A DNA stretch of 64,000 bases from Promethearchaeota archaeon (GTDB taxonomy: Archaea; Asgardarchaeota; Lokiarchaeia; Sigyniarchaeales; SOKP01). Below are positions 9,443 to 19,134 of this stretch, in pieces. The DNA lies in assembly GCA_016839555.1 (NCBI GenBank), contig JAEOUA010000006.1, forward strand, positions 416,001 to 480,000, in the 5' to 3' direction. The notes under the pieces were generated by a model. It was not told the origin of the DNA and did no database searches. It saw nothing but the letters and a program-made list of their open reading frames with translations. Every line of letters starts with the position of its first letter. Positions within the stretch are counted from its first letter, which is position 1. A program made the translations under genes and the position numbers.

Positions 9443-10570
9443 TTACCACAATAGAATTCTACCGCATTGTTTACACGTCCCTTGATTAACTTGCTGATGA
9501 ATACAGTTTTCATGGTAAAGAGCTCCACATTCTTTACATTGATATATTTTTTTTGTACTTTTTTCAAACCCATATCCGCAATAGGCGCATTTATTTGTTA
9601 AAGCAGTGTCTAGGTCATTTGGGCTAACTTCTATGATTTGAGAGGTCGTTGTTAAGCCGATTCCCTCGTTTCCAGTAATATTAGAGGGAGTAACATACTC
9701 TTTTTGAGGGTCAGGGGTTATCCATTGTTCTTCTAAAGGAATTTGAGGAGTTGGTGTTTGGGTTTGAATCTTTCTACCAGGTTGTTTTATCCCCATTTTT
9801 TGAGAGATTTTTTCATCTAGAATATTAGTTAAGATAAGTGCGGAAGTATATCTCCCTCTTTTTCCTCCTTTTTGAAGGTGAACATGTGAAATAAAATGAA
9901 TAACTCGGCCACCCTTTTTTCCAAAATCAAAATAAACTAGTACGGGTCCATTTTCCCATTTTTTCTTGAGTTCATTCGAACTGATGAGCACATGGACGTC
10001 ATTTACACTCAGCAGTTCAATTGGAAAACTTTTGGTTTCTAACCACCATTTAAATTCATCGCTTTTAGATTTTTTTGAATTCCATTTACTCTGTTGTATC
10101 TCTCCTAAAACACTATCAAGAAAAGGATGATCTGGTTGTTGGATTTGGCATTTTATGACGACATCACCAGTCCGTCTTCGATTCCAACGAATATAGCCCG
10201 GAAAGATATTTTCCACAATATAAAGTAATGCCCAGTCTGTGGTAATTAGCCACCCTCCATTAAGTACGTAGTCCTTTATTTTCGAGTATACAGACTTAGG
10301 AATCTCTTTTCCAGGACATCCAATTAATACGACATCAAATCGATTCAAATTTAAATCTTTTAATTCTTTATCGATATCCTTTCTCTTAATAAAAACTTTC
10401 TCAGAAGCGTACATATGTTGGATAACTTTCTTAGGTTTCTCGTATTGACCCTCAATTGCCAGGATTTTTCCGTGTTTTTCGACTGCTTGTACAATTTCCT
10501 TTTTATTAAGCGCTTCCATCTTGCGCTTTCTCACTTCAGAATAAAGATCTTTAAAAGAAATTTCTCTCAC
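9443..10570 (-). CDS. Class I GATase-like (flavodoxin-like) domain protein with C-terminal C4HC3 RING/PHD-type finger
   Basis: FDVVLIGCPG...IKDYVLNGGWLITTDWAL...GGRVIHFISH; C-terminal CAYC-x13-CKEC-x4-HENC-x9-CKQC. Confidence 0.65.
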   Translation of the reverse strand: MREISFKDLYSEVRKRKMEALNKKEIVQAVEKHGKILAIEGQYEKPKKVIQHMYASEKVFIKRKDIDKELKDLNLNRFDVVLIGCPGKEIPKSVYSKIKDYVLNGGWLITTDWALLYIVENIFPGYIRWNRRRTGDVVIKCQIQQPDHPFLDSVLGEIQQSKWNSKKSKSDEFKWWLETKSFPIELLSVNDVHVLISSNELKKKWENGPVLVYFDFGKKGGRVIHFISHVHLQKGGKRGRYTSALILTNILDEKISQKMGIKQPGRKIQTQTPTPQIPLEEQWITPDPQKEYVTPSNITGNEGIGLTTTSQIIEVSPNDLDTALTNKCAYCGYGFEKSTKKIYQCKECGALYHENCIHQQVNQGTCKQCGRILLW

Positions 10571-10666
10571 CTTTAAAATTTTTAATTTTCTTAATGTATT
10601 ATCATATAATAAGAGAATAAAATAAATGTTTCTTATTTACTATAAGAGAATCAAGAGGAAAACCTT

Positions 10667-12190
10667 ATGGATTTTACGATAAAGAACATAGGATATCCTT
10701 CGGAATTTTGGATCTATTTTGAAGAGATCTCTAAAATACCGCGCTGTTCCGGAAAAGAAGAGAAAATAAGATCTTATATAGAAGAAGTTGCTAGATCTTT
10801 TCATTATAAGACCAAAATAGATAAAGCAGGAAATTTATTAGTATTTAAGGAGTCTAATAGAAATCCTCTAAAGAAAAAGAAGAGAAAAACAATTATCTTC
10901 CAGGCGCATTTGGATATGGTCTGTGAGAAAAATAGGGAAGTTTACCATGATTTTAGCAAAGATCCTTTATCATTAAAAGTTATTAAGAAGGAGGGCGAAG
11001 AATGGTTAACTGCGGATTGTACAACTTTAGGAGCGGATAATGGGGTTGGAATCGCCTATTGCTTGACATTAATGAATTATTTAAATAATAAAAAACTCGA
11101 TTTTACCAATATTTTTATAGATTTCCTTTTTACTGTGGAAGAGGAGGTGGGGCTTAATGGAGCATTTAATATCAACCAAGATTTTATTGAAGGCAATTTT
11201 TTAATCAACTTAGATTCCGAAGAAGATAATAAATTTACCATTGGATGTGCTGGCGGTATAAATACCATTGGAACTTTAAAATTAACATTCAAAAAAGTAA
11301 ACGAATATCCTAAGGAATTGATTCCGATAAAATTAACTATAAAGGGTCTGCTTGGTGGACATTCAGGAAGAGATATTAATAAAGGGCGGGCGAATGCTAT
11401 TAAAATCATATCAAAAATTTTATGGAAAGTAAATAATAAATATGGGTTATATTTAAGTTCATTAAATGGTGGGAATTTATCAAATGCGATTCCCAGAGAG
11501 GCAGAAGCAAGATTTTATTGCAAGAAAGATGATAAATCGGCAGTATTTAATTTTATTGATCATATTAAATCCGAAATAGAACTAGGGATTTCCAAAATTG
11601 AACCGGATATGGAAATTATTTCGAAACCTATTGAAGAATCCGATGAATATATTATTTTTCCAAAAGAAATAGGGGATAAATTAATTCATTTACTTTATGT
11701 AATGCCGAATGGTCCTATTTCCATTCATCCCAAAGATCCTGATTTAGTCTACACCTCAACAAATTTAGCATCAATAAAAATGTCCGATGAGCAATTAGAA
11801 ATGGTTACTAGTCAGAGGAGCTTACATGAAATTTCTAAAACAATTATTTATGAAAAGATTGAAGCGTTATTTAAGTTAGCGGATCTTCATATTGAAATCT
11901 CTCATAAAGGAGATTATCCTAGTTGGGAACCTAATTATGATTCAACACTTCTTAAAATCGCTGAAAAAAGTTATGAGGATTTATTTCAGAGCGCCCCCGA
12001 TATTCAAACAATTCATGCGGGATTGGAAACGGGTATTTTGAATAAAAAATTTCCGGAAATAGAAATGATTTCACTGGGGCCTAATATCCAAGGTGGACAT
12101 TCGCCTGATGAGAAACTTCATGTGAAAAGCGTCGAGAAAATATGGAAACTTTTATGTGAGCTCTTAAAAAATTTAGATACATCAAATTAG
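10667..12190 (+). CDS. pepD: Aminoacyl-histidine dipeptidase (M20C)
   Basis: QAHLDMVCEK, TTLGADNGVG, EEEVG, INLDSEE, GGHSG, IHAGLE, HSPDE. Confidence 0.93.
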   Translation: MDFTIKNIGYPSEFWIYFEEISKIPRCSGKEEKIRSYIEEVARSFHYKTKIDKAGNLLVFKESNRNPLKKKKRKTIIFQAHLDMVCEKNREVYHDFSKDPLSLKVIKKEGEEWLTADCTTLGADNGVGIAYCLTLMNYLNNKKLDFTNIFIDFLFTVEEEVGLNGAFNINQDFIEGNFLINLDSEEDNKFTIGCAGGINTIGTLKLTFKKVNEYPKELIPIKLTIKGLLGGHSGRDINKGRANAIKIISKILWKVNNKYGLYLSSLNGGNLSNAIPREAEARFYCKKDDKSAVFNFIDHIKSEIELGISKIEPDMEIISKPIEESDEYIIFPKEIGDKLIHLLYVMPNGPISIHPKDPDLVYTSTNLASIKMSDEQLEMVTSQRSLHEISKTIIYEKIEALFKLADLHIEISHKGDYPSWEPNYDSTLLKIAEKSYEDLFQSAPDIQTIHAGLETGILNKKFPEIEMISLGPNIQGGHSPDEKLHVKSVEKIWKLLCELLKNLDTSN

Positions 12191-12304
12191 GCAATAAACT
12201 ATTTATTAAGAAAAGTTTAAAAAAAGATATAACAAAAATATTTTAATTAAATCTAAATTTATTTATTTAATAATAATCAATAAAATGAGACTTATTATTG
12301 TGTT

Positions 12305-12856
12305 ATGAGAAAGAAATCGAGAAAAACCAAGGATATAAAAAGAAGTGAGATGAATGGGTCTGAGACCGTTCTAGAAAAGCTTAAGGATAAGACCCCTTGG
12401 ATATTTGGAAGCAAAATTAGAAAGCCTAAGATTAAATTTCCTTCTCTTAGCACTCGACGGAGAATTTCGGTGCCTTCTCCATCAAAAACGTTTGTTTTAA
12501 TTATTATATACATTATTCTTTTTGTTTTACAATGTGGGACAATCTATATTGTATATCGAGAAACTATCGCCTTAGGTGCAACTGATAGTGGTGAGCCCTT
12601 ATTTCTTTACCCAAGTATTTCGGAACAATTTATCCTTGAAGGTATAGTTGCATCGGTCCTGTTTTTAATTGGCAGTCTGGGGTTTATTTTAATCTATCAA
12701 GCAAGTAGGTATGTGTATAACCGCAGTACAGTCATTAAAATATTGGCTATTGGGCTTATTTTTATTTTAGTAGCATTTATTATTCTACAGATAATGCTTT
12801 CGATTAAAACGGCGAGCTTCAGGCAATTCTTGTCAGATTTAATCTCACAATATTAA
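12305..12856 (+). CDS. OST3/OST6-family (OSTC/DC2-like) oligosaccharyltransferase accessory subunit
   Basis: Three TM helices; EQFILEGIVASVLFLIGSLGFILI resembles OSTC [24 protein letters not shown]. Confidence 0.75.
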   Translation: MRKKSRKTKDIKRSEMNGSETVLEKLKDKTPWIFGSKIRKPKIKFPSLSTRRRISVPSPSKTFVLIIIYIILFVLQCGTIYIVYRETIALGATDSGEPLFLYPSISEQFILEGIVASVLFLIGSLGFILIYQASRYVYNRSTVIKILAIGLIFILVAFIILQIMLSIKTASFRQFLSDLISQY

Positions 12857-12913
12857 ACCTAAATTTTTAAATAAAAAACAATAAAATCATTAATTTTAAA
12901 ATAATTATTAATC

Positions 12914-14056
12914 TTATTTTACTTCACATATTTTTAATTCGTCATAATCTACAATTACACGATATAGCCCTTTCATTTCCTTGTCTAATTGAGGATCTCT
13001 AGTATCAATTCTTAAGATTTGATTTGGTATTTTCATAAGTTTATATTTTGTAGCGATAATTATTAAGTTTTTAGAGGTAATTTTTTTAAGAATTTTGGGG
13101 GTAAATTGAAGATTTCCTCGCCCAAAGATGAATCCTTGCCTCCCAATAGGAGAAATAATAATTTTTAAGGGATTGTTATTAATTTTAGTTAATATCTCTT
13201 GCTCATTTAAATCTAAGGCGATAATTTTTTTATTTAGAAGTAAATCGACCCCTAATACTGTTTTTTTCTGATTTAAAGCATCAGTAATAGCTTTAGTTGT
13301 AGTTCCAGGACCAAGTAGATAATATATATCATTTTTAAGATCTTCGACTATTTTTTTAGCTATTCTTTCTTGATTCGTTAAATCAGAATCGGGAGTACCC
13401 ATTTTAGATTGTTGAGAGAAGTCAGGATTAAACGGCGTGAGCATATATCCATAGAGTTTTGAAACTAATTTTCCCTCTCTAAATGCTTCTTCATCAATAT
13501 CTAAAACTTCTGATTTTTTTAACGGAATTTCATCCCATAGAAATTGCATAACCAACGAGCCCGCAATTCGTGGATTTAATGCAAACACGCTTGAATAGAT
13601 TTTTACTCCTGCGGGAATTCCTAAACAGGGTTTCTTTTCATTTACGATGCTTTGAATATCCTGGGCCGTCCCATCCCCTCCTACAAAGATCAGCAACTTT
13701 AACTTTTGATTCTTCCTTAAAATCTCTGCTACTATTTTGGTGTGATCTGCGGTGGTATCATAGATATTTTCATATTCTTGAAATATTGGATGATCAATTT
13801 CTTCATATTGGAATCCTAATCCATTCAAAATATATGCCCCCATAAATTTAGGGCACGTGATGAATTTTAATTTGCTTTTTACTGATTCGAGTTCTTTTAA
13901 TAATTCTTTTGTTCGTTCTTCAGCATTTGGCGTTGCACCTAAATTAATGGCTCTCTTCAAAATAGATTTTCCATCTGTACCTTTTAATCCTACCGATCCC
14001 CCCATCCCTGCGATAGGATTAATTATTAAACCTAATATAAACTTGGATTCTGACAT
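12914..14056 (-). CDS. ATP-NAD/AcoX kinase family protein
   Basis: NPIAGMGGSVGLKGTDG, VGGDGTA, GIPAGVKIYS, GFIFGRGNLQ. Confidence 0.85.
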   Translation of the reverse strand: MSESKFILGLIINPIAGMGGSVGLKGTDGKSILKRAINLGATPNAEERTKELLKELESVKSKLKFITCPKFMGAYILNGLGFQYEEIDHPIFQEYENIYDTTADHTKIVAEILRKNQKLKLLIFVGGDGTAQDIQSIVNEKKPCLGIPAGVKIYSSVFALNPRIAGSLVMQFLWDEIPLKKSEVLDIDEEAFREGKLVSKLYGYMLTPFNPDFSQQSKMGTPDSDLTNQERIAKKIVEDLKNDIYYLLGPGTTTKAITDALNQKKTVLGVDLLLNKKIIALDLNEQEILTKINNNPLKIIISPIGRQGFIFGRGNLQFTPKILKKITSKNLIIIATKYKLMKIPNQILRIDTRDPQLDKEMKGLYRVIVDYDELKICEVK

Positions 14057-14113
14057 ACTTATAGGTAAAAATAAAAAAAAAAATTCAAAAAATTAATGAT
14101 ATTTTCGAAATAC

Positions 14114-14533
14114 TTATTCTAAACCGGCAATAAAATCTTTATAGGCTGCTGCATCAAGTAAATTTCCCTTCTCTCCATCAAAATCGGAAGCATCAACTGC
14201 AAATAACCAACCGGCTCCATAAGGATCTTCATTAACCCTTTCAGGATAATCTAATAAATCACTATTTACATCTGTGACAGTTCCAGATACCGGACTATAA
14301 ATATCTCCAATTGCTTTACTTGACTCGACAGCAGCATCTAATGGATCGCTTGCTGGCTCATCGCCGCTCATCTCAACCTGACTTACATCTAGCCCATTCA
14401 CTGGGTCCACGTCAACGAACGTTATTTCACCAAGCTGATCCGCAGCAAACGCAGTAATCCCTACTTTTCCAGATGCAGGGTCGTACCATTGATGAGTCTT
14501 CGTATAATATAATCCATCTTTTACTTCAGACAT
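14114..14533 (-). CDS. gcvH: Glycine cleavage H protein (lipoyl carrier)
   Basis: YYTKTHQW, VGITAFAADQLGEI, VESSKAIGDIYSPVSG (lipoyl Lys), VNEDPYGAGWL. Confidence 0.93.
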   Translation of the reverse strand: MSEVKDGLYYTKTHQWYDPASGKVGITAFAADQLGEITFVDVDPVNGLDVSQVEMSGDEPASDPLDAAVESSKAIGDIYSPVSGTVTDVNSDLLDYPERVNEDPYGAGWLFAVDASDFDGEKGNLLDAAAYKDFIAGLE

Positions 14534-14719
14534 TTTTCTTTAACAACTCGTTTTTAATTTTAATACTTGATATTAAGGATATTTACAATTAATTTTTAGA
14601 AAAATAAAAAATTTTTTATCGAAAATCATGAATTGAGGTTTTTTTTTTAAAAATAAAATCGTGCAAGATTTAATATCTCTTAATTGTTTATAAAAACAAA
14701 ATAGATGATGGTTTAATCT

Positions 14720-15559
14720 TTGAACAATGATCAAAATAAAGAGACTATAAATTTTTTTCAAGGGTTTCAAAAATGGTACATTCGAATCATAAATGAGTTT
14801 AATTACGACGAGAATAAAGATCGTGAGGCAAGAGATGTTTTATTAAGGATCTTGGATGAAAAGGATCGGGATTGGAGTAGTAAAGATATATTAAGAGAAT
14901 TTAAAGAGAGATTAAATGAAAAGCAAAATTTATTAATTTTTGGATGTGGTCCAAGTTTAGAAAGTTCTATTAATTCAATTATTAAAAAGAAGGGTGCAAA
15001 TTTCTTTAATAATTTTATTAATTTAACCGCAAATGGGGCATCTGTATTATTAAGGGAAGAAAAATTACCTATTGATGGACTTTTTTCAGATCTGGATGGG
15101 ATTACAAAACAAGAATTTAATTATGCCAAATTTGTTATAGTGCATGCGCATGGTGATAATATAGAAAAGCTTTTGCATTTCAAGAAGGAAATTATTCATA
15201 AAAGAAATATTATTCCTACAACACAAGTTAAACCCAAAAACGGTATATATAATCCAGGGGGATTCACGGATGGAGACAGAATAGTATATTTCATAAAAAA
15301 TCTTATTCTTCCTCATCAAAAGTTGTATCTAATTGGAATGGATTTTAAGGAAACCGTTGGTAGATTTTCTAAAACTTATATGAAACAAGATGCCCTTGCA
15401 ACTCCCATAAAGATTAAGAAATTGGAATTTGCAGTCAAATTAATCGAAGAAATATACAAAGAGTTAAAAAATGAGTTATATTTTGTGAATTCAAAGAAAG
15501 TCTCTAAAAAATTTACTTATCTTTCTTTATCACAATTTCTTAAAGAAGAAGGAAATTAA
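14720..15559 (+). CDS. mptE: 6-hydroxymethyl-7,8-dihydropterin pyrophosphokinase (DUF115)
   Basis: GCGPSL, SDLDG, VHAHGDN, GGFTDGDR, LIGMDF, KIKKL. Confidence 0.88.
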   Translation: MNNDQNKETINFFQGFQKWYIRIINEFNYDENKDREARDVLLRILDEKDRDWSSKDILREFKERLNEKQNLLIFGCGPSLESSINSIIKKKGANFFNNFINLTANGASVLLREEKLPIDGLFSDLDGITKQEFNYAKFVIVHAHGDNIEKLLHFKKEIIHKRNIIPTTQVKPKNGIYNPGGFTDGDRIVYFIKNLILPHQKLYLIGMDFKETVGRFSKTYMKQDALATPIKIKKLEFAVKLIEEIYKELKNELYFVNSKKVSKKFTYLSLSQFLKEEGN

Positions 15560-15572
15560 TGTGTCAGCGAGC

Positions 15573-16391
15573 TTAAATTTTATAATCAACCAAACCTTTT
15601 GGAGTTATTTCATATAGTAATTTTTTTTCAGGAAGAAACGAGGAATTAACACGATGAATATAACAGAGGTTCTTTTCAACATCATTCTTGTGGGATAAAT
15701 AAAACATTTCTGAAAAAAAGTGGTTTAAATAGTGGAGTCCCACTGGATATTCTTGTATAATAGCATCTTCGATAAAATTAGGAGTAATTTGAGCAGTTAA
15801 AATCGTGATTAAATTAAATGTTTTGGTTAATTCATATATTTTTTGTAAAACACTTAGAAAGGTATTTTTTAGTTGAGAGAAGGAAATTGCTGGATTACCT
15901 TTTTCAGAGCGGTAATAGTTATTAATTGTATCGATAATTAGCAACTGGATTGGGTTCTTTTTAATTTCCTTTTCCAGGCTCTTTAGAGAGATTAATAAGG
16001 CATAATTACTCATAATTTTTGAAACCAAAATCGTGTTTAACACTTTATTATAATTTAATTGTCTTAATTTTGATATCTCCTCTATTCTTTCAGAGCGAAA
16101 GGTGTTCTCCGTATCATAATAAAGGCAATATTTCGCATTTTTTTTCGAATGTTTATGAGATGATTGTTTAAATACTTGAATACACATTTGATGGCATAAT
16201 TGTGTTTTCCCTGTCCTATTAGCTCCAAAAAATAAATATATAGATCCTTTTTTAAAGCCTCTTCCTAATATTTTATCAAGACTTTTCGCCCCAGAGGAAA
16301 GTATAATATCTTTCTTTACTTTCTTTTGGAGGAGTAATTTTAAATTAGTAATTTGATTTTTATTTATCTTGAGTGCGTCGTTTATATTCAT
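15573..16391 (-). CDS. RadA/Rad51 paralog lacking the N-terminal HhH domain
   Basis: GANRTGKTQLCH Walker A, YYDTENTFRSERI, LLIIDT Walker B. Confidence 0.85.
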   Translation of the reverse strand: MNINDALKINKNQITNLKLLLQKKVKKDIILSSGAKSLDKILGRGFKKGSIYLFFGANRTGKTQLCHQMCIQVFKQSSHKHSKKNAKYCLYYDTENTFRSERIEEISKLRQLNYNKVLNTILVSKIMSNYALLISLKSLEKEIKKNPIQLLIIDTINNYYRSEKGNPAISFSQLKNTFLSVLQKIYELTKTFNLITILTAQITPNFIEDAIIQEYPVGLHYLNHFFSEMFYLSHKNDVEKNLCYIHRVNSSFLPEKKLLYEITPKGLVDYKI

Positions 16392-16509
16392 TGTAATACA
16401 TTAATTTATTAAGACAAGAATTATTTAAAAAATGAAAAAAATACAAAAATTATTATTAGTTTTTTAAAATTTTTTGCATTATGAGATTATATAAGAATAA
16501 ACTACTTAA

Positions 16510-17148
16510 ATGTTCAACTACCTAAAAATGGCAAAAAAAGCTAAAGAAGTTTGCCCGTATTGTGGAAAAGAGTTCACTTACCTCAGCAGACATAAATGTA
16601 AAGTTAAAGAGCGCATGGAAAGTAAAGAGGATGAATCTACTCAGAAGGAAATAAGGCAGGAAAGGGTTAAGGAAAGAAAAAAGGAATTAACCCGAAAATT
16701 AAATAAAGATGAACAGGAAGTTCTTGATATTATTAATAAAGAAAAGGATTTAATATTTGAAGAGTTAATAGATATGGTGGATATTGAAAGAAATAAGTTA
16801 GATGAAATAATTGATTTATTAGAATTACAATCAAAAATTAAAGTAAGAAGAGAACTTATAAATGCCTCTTGGAGTAAACATATTTTTTCAATAGAAGAAT
16901 TAGAGGAAGATCTTAAGGTAGAAAAAATTGAAATTGATAAAAGTAAACCAGATTGGTTGTGGAGAGAATTTTTAAAGCAACCATGTTTTATTTGTCCATT
17001 CACAGAACAATGTAGCGATGATAATCCAGATATTTATAATCCAAATCATTGTCCATGGTTAACTGAATGGATAGAAGCATCTCTTTCCGGGGAGGAATAT
17101 ACAGCTAATTTTGATATTTACAAAGAAGAATATTTTGGGGAAGAATAA
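16510..17148 (+). CDS. RPC34/TFE-beta-like protein (winged helix plus C-terminal Fe-S motif) with extra N-terminal Zn finger
   Basis: PCFICPFTEQC...NPNHCPWLTEWI resembles the RPC34/RPC39 C-terminal cluster motif; CPYCGKEFTYLSRHKC at N-terminus. Confidence 0.7.
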   Translation: MFNYLKMAKKAKEVCPYCGKEFTYLSRHKCKVKERMESKEDESTQKEIRQERVKERKKELTRKLNKDEQEVLDIINKEKDLIFEELIDMVDIERNKLDEIIDLLELQSKIKVRRELINASWSKHIFSIEELEEDLKVEKIEIDKSKPDWLWREFLKQPCFICPFTEQCSDDNPDIYNPNHCPWLTEWIEASLSGEEYTANFDIYKEEYFGEE

Positions 17149-17182
17149 TTATGAAAATTATTAAGTTTATTTATTCATAACA

Positions 17183-17824
17183 TCATATTTTTTTAAGACA
17201 AATAACATATATTTCATTACTTTTATTTTTAGACGCTTTTGGTTTATAGACTTTTACAAACCTAAAATATTTTTTTAAATCTTCTTTTATTACCTTCATA
17301 TCGGGACCTTGGAAGAGTTTAATTACTAGGTTTCCCTCTACTCTAAGGAATCGTTTAGCGATATCAAGCACCTTATAGCATAACTTAATTTGTTGAATAT
17401 GATCACTAAAATGATTACCCGATTTCTTAATAGACGCATCAGAAAGAATTAAATCCAATTTTTTATTATTAAAAAACTCACTAATTTGATCTTTAAATTC
17501 AGGATTTCTAAAATCCACTCTTACTACTTTTACGCCTTCTATTGGAGAAATATGTTTTAGATCTGCACCCATTATTTTAAAATGGTCTCTAGAGTAATGA
17601 CTATCATTATTTTTTTCCATATTTCTTTCAGCATATTGTTTCGCAACTTGAAGCCAGGAACCTGGAGCACTTCCTATATCTAATATATAAAACGCTCGTT
17701 TGAAAATCTTAAACCTTTTATGAATGTTTAATAATTTATATGCCGATCTTGCCCGATATCCCTCTTTTTTAGCCTTAATATAATGAGGATCTCGTTTATG
17801 TCTATAAGAATCATTATCAGTCAA
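17183..17824 (-). CDS. rlmE: 23S rRNA Um2552 2'-O-methyltransferase (FtsJ/RrmJ)
   Basis: AKKEGYRARSAYKL, LDIGSAPGSWLQ, ILSD, KPKASK...SNEIY. Confidence 0.93.
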   Translation of the reverse strand: MTDNDSYRHKRDPHYIKAKKEGYRARSAYKLLNIHKRFKIFKRAFYILDIGSAPGSWLQVAKQYAERNMEKNNDSHYSRDHFKIMGADLKHISPIEGVKVVRVDFRNPEFKDQISEFFNNKKLDLILSDASIKKSGNHFSDHIQQIKLCYKVLDIAKRFLRVEGNLVIKLFQGPDMKVIKEDLKKYFRFVKVYKPKASKNKSNEIYVICLKKI

Positions 17825-17825
17825 T

Positions 17826-19088
17826 TTAATCTACCCCATTCTCTAATTTTTTTAATAGATTTTTTAAAGAGATGATATCCATAGTAGTTTTTATGGATGT
17901 GAAATCAAAATGTGTTCGGGATGCTTTATAGCCTTCTTTCTGTATTTTGTTGATTAAGACATCCATGGTTGGAATAGATTTATTAGCAATTTGATGGCAA
18001 AGAGTATGAACATTATAATATCCTATTGGCATATTTATCTCATCTAAACAAAATTTCAATATATTAGCAATTCTTTGATTGTTTTTTATGACGAATTCCG
18101 ATTTTTTATTTAAATCATTAATTTTTTTGATAAAATTAAAGTAATGGAGTTTGCCAATCCATAAAGGACCCGCATAATCTAGATTTTCTGCTCCGCATAG
18201 TTTACATTTAATGGTTTTATTCAAAATATTAAAATTGATGGCGAAATGGTGTCCACAATCTCTACAATAAATAATATAGCCATAATTGCCCATTGATTTA
18301 AAAATTTCTGTTTTAGATTTAAATGTTATTAAAAAGAGCCGAATGAAATGATTAGAATAAAAAGTTAATATAGGAATAATTCCAAGATTGTTAATATTTG
18401 CAATTCTTGAGATGAAATAAATCAAAATTCGCGCGCCTATTTCCTTACAGAAGTTATTATGTAGTGGCTTCGCTATATATTTCCTTAAGCAAGCTTTTGG
18501 TCTAACACCAAAAAGTACTGGAGTATCGGTAGCGGTAATACATAATAGTCCATGGTCTTGATTTATAGCTTTAAACAAACTATCAATATATAGATTTGGA
18601 GTCCCAAAAGGATCGATTGATATAATATCTGGTTTCTTATAACTTGATGATTCTTCATTAAAGCTTTTTTGAGCTATTTCATTAAAGAGAAGATTAGCAT
18701 CTTTTCTTGAGATGTTAATTTCTATAGGTCTATCCAATAAATTATTTAATTCAAGGTTTTTTTCGATTAATCTTGTTGCAGAAGGATTTATATCATTTAT
18801 AACCATTTTTTGTATATTTGCACAATTTTTTAAAAGCCTAATAGCTCCTATTCCTGACCCTGCCATGGAATCAATAAAAGTTAATTCTTTTTTATCATAA
18901 AGTTCGCTATAGCCTTGAACAGCCAGAACTGTTATATCTCGATTTAATTCCATTTTTTTATTATAGAAAACATTCATAGATTTGGAGGGAGTGGAGTCTA
19001 TATCTTCAGCGAAAATGAAAAATTGTGCTGTGCTTTCCTTTAATTTTTTGAGGTTCTTCTCTTTAAATGACCTATTATTCTTGCTCAT
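17826..19088 (-). CDS. trm1: tRNA (guanine26-N2)-dimethyltransferase
   Basis: VFYNKKMELNRDI, DSMAGSGIG, IDPFGTP, CITATD, GPLWIGKL, SRTHF. Confidence 0.93.
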   Translation of the reverse strand: MSKNNRSFKEKNLKKLKESTAQFFIFAEDIDSTPSKSMNVFYNKKMELNRDITVLAVQGYSELYDKKELTFIDSMAGSGIGAIRLLKNCANIQKMVINDINPSATRLIEKNLELNNLLDRPIEINISRKDANLLFNEIAQKSFNEESSSYKKPDIISIDPFGTPNLYIDSLFKAINQDHGLLCITATDTPVLFGVRPKACLRKYIAKPLHNNFCKEIGARILIYFISRIANINNLGIIPILTFYSNHFIRLFLITFKSKTEIFKSMGNYGYIIYCRDCGHHFAINFNILNKTIKCKLCGAENLDYAGPLWIGKLHYFNFIKKINDLNKKSEFVIKNNQRIANILKFCLDEINMPIGYYNVHTLCHQIANKSIPTMDVLINKIQKEGYKASRTHFDFTSIKTTMDIISLKNLLKKLENGVD

Positions 19089-19134
19089 AGTCTTTATTTA
19101 AGATTTATTTCATTTGCTAAGGTCTTTAATGCCC

